In this document: piece after piece, positions 11,829 to 20,000 of the stretch | Layout of the letters: each line of letters opens with the position of its first letter | How positions within the stretch are numbered: position 1 is the stretch's first letter | Source of the DNA: Lama guanicoe | Lineage: Eukaryota | Direction of reading: 5' to 3' | Length of the DNA stretch: 20,000 bases | NCBI GenBank assembly: GCA_013239625.1 | Contig: MU056000.1 | Coordinates: forward strand, 13,892,432-13,912,431 | Program-made: the position numbers and the translations under genes | Notes under the pieces: model-generated | The model's database searches: none | Seen by the model: only the letters and a program-made list of their open reading frames with translations | Told to the model about the DNA's origin: nothing

Positions 11829-13447
11829 TGCAGACCAAGTTGAAGATTTCTGGCTTAAACTAACAGTCACTGTATTTGCAATTAAATGCACTTAACAAAG
11901 ACAAGTGATACTCCAGACAGTATTTGCTGAAAGTCAAGAGAGCAAATAGGGTTGGAGTTCTGAAATAAAAAATATATATATAGCAGAACAGCTTCTATAA
12001 AGAACCTAATTTAACACAGGGACCACAAGAAGAAAACCTGAGAAAGACAGCTAAGAAGCACATCCCTAGCTCCAGAAGTTTCTGTCAGGAGAAAGAGTGC
12101 ATCAGCTTGCATTCATCCTTATCTTTTTCACCCTTCTACCCAGTCAGGCTCCATTAAACAATGAATGAAAGTTATCAAAGTGTATTTACAATGTACCACA
12201 CCATGGACGGGTGAATTCAGCTTGGCAATTTTCTGATGAAGGCATGATATGGACAGGGATGTATAGATGCTCCTGTAGGCTGATTTATAGAGCAATGCCA
12301 ATTCTGATCTTTGGGAAGATTAGCTGTTCTGCCTTGCTGGCTAAAGTGAGCTGCTTCAGAGATTAAATAAGGTTTTAAAGGACTGTTTTATCTATTTCCT
12401 GCCATCTGAATGAATGCCTCTTAAAAGTTAAAATCCATAGAGTTACATAGTTTAGTTTTCAAATTGCAATTATTTGTAACATAAGATATATAGCAATGAG
12501 GTAACTCTGAGACTGATTATTCCAATTCATAGAATCAAGAAATTAGATAAAGGCAAACATGAATGCATTTTGGAGGAAGTGTAGACAACGTCAGAAAATA
12601 AATTCAGGGGAGAAGGTGAAAGATGATTTGAACTCACTAAGGGGCAAGGTTCTCACTAGTAGATCATCCTACCATTTACACAATCAAAACACTTATCTTG
12701 AAAATACCTCCTCTTTTTGTGTTTGGTGTGTGTAATGTAGAATAGAGAATGTTAATTACATACTTGTGCACACTTATGTGCATGTTCTATTTTGTCTCCA
12801 TTTTTTCACAAACGACATCAAATTAATTGAGGCCATACAGGGTGGTAAGATCCCTATTGTCTCACAATCTATCCTTGTATTTTGAATTATGTGTATATTC
12901 ACGCCATCCATCACTACCTTCATTTTTTGCAAACAGGATATAATTTCCTACTTTATAAAGACAATATTTGTCCATAGGCAAGGACCCCCTTACCACTCTT
13001 CACACATACACATACCCCAGCTAGATCATTGCAAACCTATTTGTCGACATCTGTTTCTCCCTCCTGTTTGATTTTGGCAAAGAAGGAGGCATCCTCATAG
13101 CTTCTTTCTTCCCATCTGTGATCCAAAGCCTATACAGGGCCATCACTACCTCAGTGCATCTTTTTACATCAGTTATCATCTCTTTAGTAACCTGTTTCTT
13201 GTTTCAATTGACCTTCTATCCACCTGTTTAGAGACACACTTTCAATCTCCCACTCAACATTACAATCTTCATCTTGTGATGTTTGTTTGCATTTATTTCC
13301 ATTATAAAATTTCCTCCCCGCTTTACTACAAAGCTTCCCAAAGAGGATGGCACGTTTCTTTTTCATTTTTTTCTCCCTTGTCCGTGCTTCTCATTTCTCA
13401 ACCACCACATGAAATTTGTTCCTCTCTGCACTGTAGCAAATAATTAA

Positions 13448-13498
13448 ATATATATATACATACATATATATATATATATATGTATGTATATATATATA
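13448..13498. repeat. Interrupted (TA)n microsatellite forming a perfect palindrome
   Basis: a(ta)5 cataca (ta)8 tgtatg (ta)6 read directly. Confidence 0.95.
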
Positions 13499-13529
13499 TT
13501 TCCATCTAAATCTGTAAAATGAGTAACTG

Positions 13530-13800
13530 TTTAGACTCGGAAGAGATAGACTCCTGAGTTCAATTTTCTGTCAATGAACTACCACCTGGGTGCAGTTCTT
13601 TTTCTCTCTGTGATTCGGTTTCTGTAGCTGAATTGCAGTTTCTGTTTTATTAGTGAGAGTAATAACTCTCCTTATATCCTGATGTCCCAGCCAGATTTAC
13701 AGGAATGATAATAGGTGGATTAGCTCAATAAAGACCTGGAAAAAGTGCTTAAAAACCCATCCTGACAAAGAGGAACCACTTAACAAACTTAGACGCCATT
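13530..13800 (+). mobile_element. MIR SINE
   Basis: agactcctgagttcaatt...ctctctgtgattcggtttct...ggattagctcaataaagacctggaaaaagtgcttaaaaacccatcctgacaaagaggaaccacttaacaaa follows the MIR head-core-tail order. Confidence 0.6.
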
Positions 13801-14269
13801 CATACCGTTTTTGTGACGATGATGACATGATACTGATGCTGTACTGAGCTGAAAACGGCTGGTGACAAGCATCCTGCCCTCCCATTTGCCAAATCAGATT
13901 AATATTTATAATGCTAAGCTTGTTTTAAATTTCTAGACTACTTCACATTTTTAATGACTATCTTCCTCCTGGACAGCCTCCCTCGGGAATTTTCAGTGAC
14001 AAAAGTTTCTGCAATTTTTTGAAATTTTCTTCCCAGGCTCTATTTCTTTCCTACTTTCTGCTTGTTTCTTAAACCCTGCTGTTCCCTAGGTTCAGGATTC
14101 ATGTTTCAGGAAGAATTATTCATCTGTTCACTGGAATTTACCTGAGAGAGGAAGCCATGCAAGGAATGAAAAGCAGGCAGTCCTCACTTCATCTTAAAAT
14201 GGTCTGGTCCTCATGTAGTTTACGTCAATGATTAATCAGAAATATTGCCATCAAACAAGACCTAGTCGC

Positions 14270-14765
14270 GTCCCGCTTCGACACTGTCAATGGCTCTCCA
14301 CTGGGTAAAATCGAACAATGCCCTCTGTGTTCTTGAACCACTAGCTCCTCACTCTCTTTGCTCCGGAATCAAGGATCCTTGATGTGCCATGCTCCACCCC
14401 ACTCAGATTCCTGTTGTTGTTTGTTTTTTCCCTCTTCCTAGAATGTTCATCCTTACATTCTTTACTGGTTACCTCCTAGGTTTCCTTCAGTTCTCTGTTC
14501 AATCATCCCTGAGTATCAGACAGGACCAAATGTCCTAGATTTTTTTTTTCCCGATAGCACTGTATAACTCTCCTTCATAGAACAGTTTTTATTGTCTCTG
14601 TAAGAATGCACGTGACATTTGACTGGTGTCTCTCCAATTCCACATGTTGGAAGCTCTATGAAGACAGAGACTAACTTTGGCTGTGTTCTTGCCTGCCTGG
14701 CTTAAACTAGAGCACAGCGATCAGCATGAAGAGGTACTCAAAACAGACATGTTTGTTAAATAAAG
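14270..14765 (+). mobile_element. L2 LINE 3' region
   Basis: tcaatggctctccact...ttccctcttcctagaatgttc...ggaagctctatgaagacagagact...ctagagcacagcgatcagcatgaagaggtactcaaaa...atgtttgttaaataaa matches the L2 3' end; it may extend left to about 13890. Confidence 0.75.
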
Positions 14766-15117
14766 ATACAGAAACTGACTATTTTTATTAACACATTTTT
14801 GATCCGGTTTGACAATCTCACGGGAAAAGAGACTAAAATGAAAAACAAATTTTAGATGAAGACATCCATATTTCACACAGACTAGTGATGACTATTTCTC
14901 TGTAAGTATTTACACAGTTTAAGTTCTACTTTGTACCCCCCTTTTGTCGCAGCCAAAAAATATATTCACTCTCAACTTTAAACCAATATAAAACTGTGAT
15001 TATTTCATTAATGAGACTTTATATACTGCAAACAAAAAGGTATATATAAAACACACAAATAGATAAATAGATAGCTAGATGATAGATAATACATATAGAC
15101 ACAAATAAATAAACAGA

Positions 15118-15147
15118 ATAGATAGATAGATAGATAGATAGATAGAT
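15118..15147 (+). repeat. (GATA)n microsatellite, about 7 units, with degenerate units at about 15058-15090
   Basis: atagatagatagatagatagatagatagat read directly. Confidence 0.93.
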
Positions 15148-15189
15148 TCACATCAATATTACAGTAGAACATGGGAATAAAATTTCTCA

Positions 15190-15370
15190 GCCCGTGTTCT
15201 AAACATATTATACAGAAGAATCATCTGGAGTACTTGTTAAAAAGGCTAATTCCTCAGCTTCATTCCAGCCTTTCTGAATCAAACTATAATGAAGGTCAGG
15301 CCTAGGGACCTGAATGTTACTATATTTCCAAGCTGAAATTGTTAAACACTTTAAGACTGAGACAGACTGC
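15190..15370. mobile_element. MER5-family hAT-Charlie DNA transposon relic
   Basis: agaatcatctggagtacttgttaaaaaggctaattcctcagcttcattccagcctttctgaatcaaact...ggcctagggacctgaatgtt resembles MER5A/MER5B. Confidence 0.7.
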
Positions 15371-15946
15371 ATTAGGAGTTACGATTAAATCCTTCTTTGC
15401 TAATTGTCTGTGTTCCACTTCATTTTTACAAGGTCGTGAACCTTATGTTCTTTAAAAAGCAAAAAAAAAGCAATAGATTTAGTCCAATGACAAATTCTTA
15501 GGAATAAAAAAAGAATTGAGGGAGAAGGTTAATGGTTTCACTCAAGGATCCATGACCTTCAAGCGAACCCATGTCTCCTAAAGATTGTTAGCCAACATGG
15601 TGAAGATTTTTACATTAGACAGAAAGTCTCTTAGCGTTACTTAGATTAGTACAATACAGAGTAATGACATTAATAGCACTGGCATTCGTGATGAGTCTGT
15701 TATCTGAAAATAAAGATAAGGGGACACATTCATAGTGCATTCTACATCCGACCTTCCCACCATACTGAAATATACTTAAGATTTAAAGAGTTAGACATAA
15801 CCATAATTAAAATGTAATTATATTTCAAAGAAGAACATTTTATCATTTTAATGACCTGACAATATACCCATTCATACCTCTGCCAAATTTCCATTCATGG
15901 AAAAATGAGTGAATTACCTAAATCACTAACAGAATGTTCTTTTTAC

Positions 15947-16134
15947 CTTCTTTAATGAAAGGATCCCTTCTCTGGTCTCTTTGTCAGTGGAGATGGAGAA
16001 TATCCCAATACCATCACCGTTAATGATGGAGTATGTCATGTCAGCATTCGAACCAGTGTCTGCATCATTTGCCTTGATTTTCCCAACAGCTGAACCAACT
16101 TGAGCTGACTCAGGAACATACAGTTGATAATGCT
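15947..16134 (-). CDS. CDH18: Cadherin-18 internal coding exon (188 bp), most of extracellular repeat EC3
   Basis: Translates to (K)HYQLYVPESAQVGSAVGKIKANDADTGSNADMTYSIINGDGIGIFSISTDKETREGILSLKK, with cadherin PE and DxD Ca2+-binding motifs; nearly identical to my recollection of mammalian CDH18. Acceptor tttcag|AG (AG at 16136-16135), donor AAG|gtaaaa (GT at 15946-15945), phase 1 in and phase 0 out. The 188-bp size is typical of this exon in type II cadherins. Confidence 0.95.
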
Positions 16135-17014
16135 CTGAAAGATATTTCATATGACACTTATTTGATGATGTTAATGATCATAAAATAACAATACTACAAG
16201 AAAAAGACATTAACATATTTAGACCATACATCTATTTATTTTTGCATCTATTTCATAGAGATTTACATTCCCCTACAGGCACTTATGAAATAGATATTAA
16301 GCGTAACTGACTGGTTGTTACCAGTTGTTTAATCTTCAAATTAGAAACATAGCTATTGCAGCTATTTATTTTCTATAGCAAACCTTAAACAGTTATATAA
16401 ATGACAGAAACTTTGAATTAAGATGGTTTTATTAAAAAGTGTCAACCAAGATTAAATTAATGGTGATTCAATGTTACACATAAATATAATTAGACTATAT
16501 AAATATGTAACTATAGATGTGGAACATCTATAAAAATAATTTTCCTAAGCTAATATTTTGGTAGTTGTGGTATGATAATTTTTTTTTAAGTTTGTGCATC
16601 TGGTAAGTGTATGGAGTATTCCAATTTGCTTCTAAATGTACAATTGAATGTTTTAAAGCATTATATATAGATACAAAAAGTTGACCTGTATGTATGTATT
16701 TGTGTGTGTGTAGCTGTGTTTATTCATTATTCAATAAAGACTTTTTTTCCCAGTTCTCTTCCATAAACATTTCTGATGCTGACATCAAATATTAATTTTT
16801 AGTTCAACAGCCCTTACCAACAGAACATTTCATGGGTTGAGTACCTTATTCCGTGAAACACGTGATCCCCTGACCTTAGTCACGTGCTTGTATCAGAATC
16901 TATTATATTTTTAAAGACTCCATCTATCCTGATATAGTTCATTGACATGGGAAGAACATGAGATCCAAATTTTATAGGTTACAAAAGCACCGTGGCTACT
17001 GTCATGCGTCCTCT

Positions 17015-17165
17015 TTCTCACTTTCTCTCAGATTGCTCCCCTGGGGGAATCCAGCTACCAGGTTGTACTGAAGCTCTACTGAGTAGACTGTGTGACAAGG
17101 GACTGAAAACTGACAACAATCATGTTTGTAAGCTGAAGGCAAAAAGCATCCCTGCCTCCCTCTGG
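17015..17165 (+). mobile_element. MLT1-family (MaLR) LTR internal fragment
   Basis: ctgggggaatccagctaccaggttgtactgaagctctactgagtagactgtgtgacaagggactgaa...aacaatcatgtttgtaagctgaaggca resembles older MLT1 LTRs. Confidence 0.55.
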
Positions 17166-17431
17166 GCTAGAGGCTACCATACCAGCCAGTGAGCACGTTC
17201 CTTGGTTTTTACTTAAAGGAACTGAAAACTTCTCTCCATGTAAAAACCAACACATGGATTTTTATAGCAGCTTTATTCATCATGGCCCAAACTTGGAAGC
17301 CACCAAAATTTCCTTTAGTAAATGAATGGATAAAAAAACTGTGATACATCCATAAAATGAAATATTATTGACTGTTAAAAAGAAATGAGCTTCAAGCCTT
17401 GTAAAGACATGGAGGAAAATCAGTGCATATT

Positions 17432-18010
17432 TTTTTAACATTTTTTATTGATTTATAATCATTTTACAATGTTGTGTCAAATTCCAGTGTTCAGCACAAT
17501 TTTTCAGTCATTCGTGGACATACACACACTTATTGTCACATTTTTTTCTCTGTGATTTATCATAACATTTTGTGTATAGTTCCCTGTGCTATACAGTGTA
17601 ATCTTGTTTATCTATTCTACAATTTTGAAATCCCAGTCTATCCCTTCCCACCCTCTACCCCCCTGGTAACCACAAGTCTGTATTCTCTGTCCATGAGTCT
17701 TTAGATTCCACATATGAGCAATCTCATATGGTATTTTTCTTTCTCTTTCTGGCTTACTTCACTTAGAATGACATTCTCTAGGAGCATCCATGTTGCTGCA
17801 AATGGCGTTATGTTGTCGGTTTTTATGGCTGAGTAGTATTCCATTGTATAAATATACCACATCTTCTCTTCTTTATCACCTATTGATGGACATTTAGGCT
17901 GTTTCCATGTTTTGGCTATTGTAAATAGTGCTGCTATGAACATTGGAGTGCAGGTGTCATCCTGAAGTAGATTTCCTTCTGGATACAAGCCCAGGAGTGG
18001 GATTCCTGGG
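17432..18010 (-). mobile_element. Young 5'-truncated LINE-1 (camelid L1_Vpa-like): ORF2 C-terminus, 3' UTR, AATAAA and A-rich tail
   Basis: ORF 17701-17988 encodes the L1 ORF2p C-terminus (CTPMFIAALFTIAKTWKQPKCPS...MWYIYTMEYYSAIK...FAATWMLLENVILSEVSQKEK). Flanked by an 11-bp target-site duplication: cagtgcatatt (17421-17431) and cagtgcttatt (18011-18021). Confidence 0.93.
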
Positions 18011-18483
18011 CAGTGCTTATTACTAAATGAAAGAGGCCAATCTAGAAAGGTTAGCTACTGTATGATTTCAATTAAATGATATTCTGGAAAAGGCAAAACT
18101 ATGGAGACAATAAAAAGATTAGCAATTGCCAGGCTTGGGGTGGGGAGAGATGAATAGGCAGAGCTAAGAGGAAGTTTAAGACAGTGAAAATATTCTGTGG
18201 GATAAAGTGCTGCTATGAACATTGGAGTGCAGGTGTCATCCTGAAGTAGATTTCCTTCTGGATACAAGCCCAGGAGTAGGATTCCTGGGCAGTGCATATT
18301 ACTAAATGAAAGAGGCCAATCTAGAAAGGCTAACTACTGTATGATTTCAATTAAACGATATTCTGGAAAAGGCAAAACTATGGAGACAATAAAAAGATTA
18401 GCAATTGCCAGGCTTGGGGTGGGGAGAGATGAATAGGCAGAGCTAAGAGGAAGTTTAAGACAGTGAAAATATTCTGTGGGATA
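17927..18483 (+). repeat. Tandem duplication: 17927-18204 and 18206-18483 (278 bp each, period 279)
   Basis: Manual alignment shows 5 substitutions (17999/18278, 18017/18296, 18051/18330, 18054/18333, 18077/18356) and no indels. Confidence 0.95.
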
Positions 18484-19084
18484 CAATAATGGTGGTCACT
18501 CTACATTATACCTCTGTCCAAACCCATAGAATATGCGATACCAAAAGTTAACCCTAAGTTAAACTATGGACTTGGGGTGATTCTTATGTGTCAAGGTAAG
18601 TTCACCCTTGGTTAAAAAAAATGTGCAGTTCTGGTGATTGATCCTGATAATGGGGGATGCTATGTAAGTATAGGGGCAGATGATACATGGAAAGTCTCTG
18701 CGTCTCCTCTCAAATCTGCTGTAAATCTAAAACTTCTCTAAAAAATAGTCTTATTAAAAAGGATTATCCTTTAGAAATAATTATTAAACATGAGTTTAAA
18801 GGTGATATGATGTAACTCAAAAGGATAATTCCAAGTATTGTAGGTATTCTAAAAAGTATATAATAAAGACTATAAAATACCCAAATTAATTCAACCTAAT
18901 ATCATATATAAAACCAAAGTATTCAAAATGAAATGTCTATTAATCATTATAAAATAGCTGATGGATAATATTTATAAATCAATGGAAGTTTAGGATAATT
19001 TTTTAGAATTTCTAAGGACAGAACAAATAGCCAGATACTTTAAAAATACTCTAAATTTCAGGAGAATAAATGTGATGAGTCTCT

Positions 19085-19598
19085 TTTTTTTAGACAGCTT
19101 TATTGAGGTCCACTTGATATGCAAAAGAACTGTACATATTTAATGTGTACAATTTCATGAAAGTTTGGAGAAATGCAAACACTGGTGATATCATCATCAA
19201 AATCGAGGTAATAAACACCTCTAATGTTTCCTAAAGTTTCCTTGCATTGCATTTTTTGTTTTGTTTTGTTCTGTTTTTGTGGTAAGAGCACTTAACATTA
19301 GATCTACTCTACTAACAAATTTCGAAGAGCACAACACTGCATTGCTAACTATAGGCATTATGTAGTGCAGCAGAACTCTAGAATCTATTCATCCAGCATA
19401 AGTAAAAGTTTATATGGAATGAACAACAAAGCCCCATTTTCTCCTTCCACTATGCCCTCTACAATCACTATTGAATTAGATGCTTCTACAAGTTTGACTA
19501 TTTTAGAAACCTCATATACATGGAATCATTTGTCCTTTGTGACTGACTTATTTTACTTAGGTTCATCCATGTCACGCATGGCAGAATTCTATTCTTTA
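19085..19598 (-). mobile_element. L1MB1-like LINE-1 3' end
   Basis: ttttttttagacagctttattgagg...aactgtacatatttaatgtgtacaattt...tttgtggtaagagcacttaacattagatctactct...agtttgactattttagaaacctcatatacatggaatcat is the reverse complement of an L1MA/MB-type 3' UTR with poly(A) signal. Confidence 0.85.
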
Positions 19599-19619
19599 TC
19601 AAAATAATCATTAGCTCAG

Positions 19620-20000
19620 GGCTAATATCATACTCAATGTTAAAAAGATTGAAACATTTTTCTCAAAGATCTAGAGGAAGACAAGGAACTCACTCTCTCC
19701 ACTTCTATTCACCATTGTATTGTACNNNNNNNNNNNNNNNNNNNNNNNNNNNNNNNNNNNNNNNNNNNNNNNNNNNNNNNNNNNNNNNNNNNNNNNNNNN
19801 NNNNNNNNNNNNNNNNNNNNNNNNNNNNNNNNNNNNNNNNNNNNNNNNNNNNNNNNNNNNNNNNNNNNNNNNNNAAACAAATTCAATTGGCACTTTACAA
19901 AGTCAACACACAAAGATCAGTTGTGTTTCTATCACTAACAATGAACAATCCAAAAAGGAAATTCAGAAAACCATCCTATTTACAATAGCATCAGATCAGA
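19620..20000 (+). mobile_element. Degenerate LINE-1 ORF2 reverse-transcriptase segment, running off the window
   Basis: gctaatatcatactcaatgttaaaaagattgaaacatt...ctctctccacttctattcaccattgtattg corresponds to ANIILNGEKLKAF...PLSPLLFNIVL. After the gap, tacaaagtcaacacacaaagatcagttgtgtttcta...aaaaccatcctatttacaatagcatca corresponds to YKINTQKSVAFL...KTIPFTIAS. Frameshifted. Confidence 0.88.
19726..19874. other. Assembly gap (149 N)
   Basis: Run of N read directly. Confidence 1.

Larger units (their letters stand above)
3450..15946 (-). other. CDH18: CDH18 intron (12,497 bp, phase 0, GT-AG)
   Basis: Canonical GT at 15946-15945 and AG at 3451-3450 on the minus strand; the flanking exons give continuous cadherin sequence with nothing missing between them. 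Confidence 0.92.
17195..18760 (+). mobile_element. L1MC1-like LINE-1 3' end, interrupted by a younger L1 (17432-18010) and partly duplicated
   Basis: aaaaagaaatgagcttcaagccttgtaaagacatggaggaaa...tgcatattactaaatgaaagaggccaatct...ttctggaaaaggcaaaactatggagaca...aaacccatagaat...aaactatggacttggggtga...ctaaaacttctctaaaaaatagtcttattaaaaa is collinear with the L1MC1 3' UTR as remembered. Confidence 0.88.

Noticed and set aside
477..13885. Remaining 60-111 aa ORFs (e.g. 477-671, 1247-1492, 4053-4277, 7880-8152, 9603-9872, 10507-10842)
   Set aside because: Many have non-ATG starts, F/L/I/C-rich composition reflecting AT-rich DNA, overlap with repeats, or no domain similarity; expected by chance.
15926..16150. 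74-aa ORF as a stand-alone gene
   Set aside because: It is the 188-bp CDH18 exon; MKYLS and VKRTFC are intronic.
16310..16366. Short inverted repeats (actgg/ccagt; atagct/agctat)
   Set aside because: Stems of 5-6 bp are expected by chance; no support for a structured RNA.
17701..18297. 95-aa and 80-aa ORFs sharing YPEGNLLQDDTCTPMFIAAL
   Set aside because: L1 ORF2p C-terminal remnant and its duplicated fragment, not host paralogues.
19671..19938. ORFs containing long X runs
   Set aside because: Artefacts of translating through the N gap.
1..20000. A novel multi-gene, CRISPR-like or defence-type system
   Set aside because: No repeat-spacer array, operon-like ORF cluster or RNA gene is visible; two CDH18 exons plus ordinary mammalian intronic repeats explain the window.

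Overview
AT-rich mammalian genomic DNA, probably a camelid (alpaca/llama/camel), judged from a young LINE-1 3' end resembling my recollection of the Vicugna L1. The window lies inside the type II classical cadherin gene CDH18, transcribed on the minus strand. It holds two coding exons: 16134-15947 (188 bp) and 3449-3196 (254 bp). They encode repeat EC3 and the start of EC4, join in frame, and are separated by a 12,497-bp GT-AG intron. The rest is intron filled with transposon relics: MER20 interrupted by a solo ERV1-type LTR, MIR, L2, MER53, MER5, MaLR LTRs, L1MC1 interrupted by a young L1, and an L1MB-like element that looks 5'-inverted. There are also microsatellites and a 149-nt assembly gap. 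I see no convincing novel biological system. The observations most worth checking are a 279-bp-period tandem duplication across an L1/L1 junction, a likely twin-primed L1, a candidate intronic poly(A) read-through isoform of CDH18, a paired E-box element and a perfect 50-bp interrupted palindrome. Repeat family names come from remembered consensus sequences, not a database search, and boundaries of old repeats are approximate.
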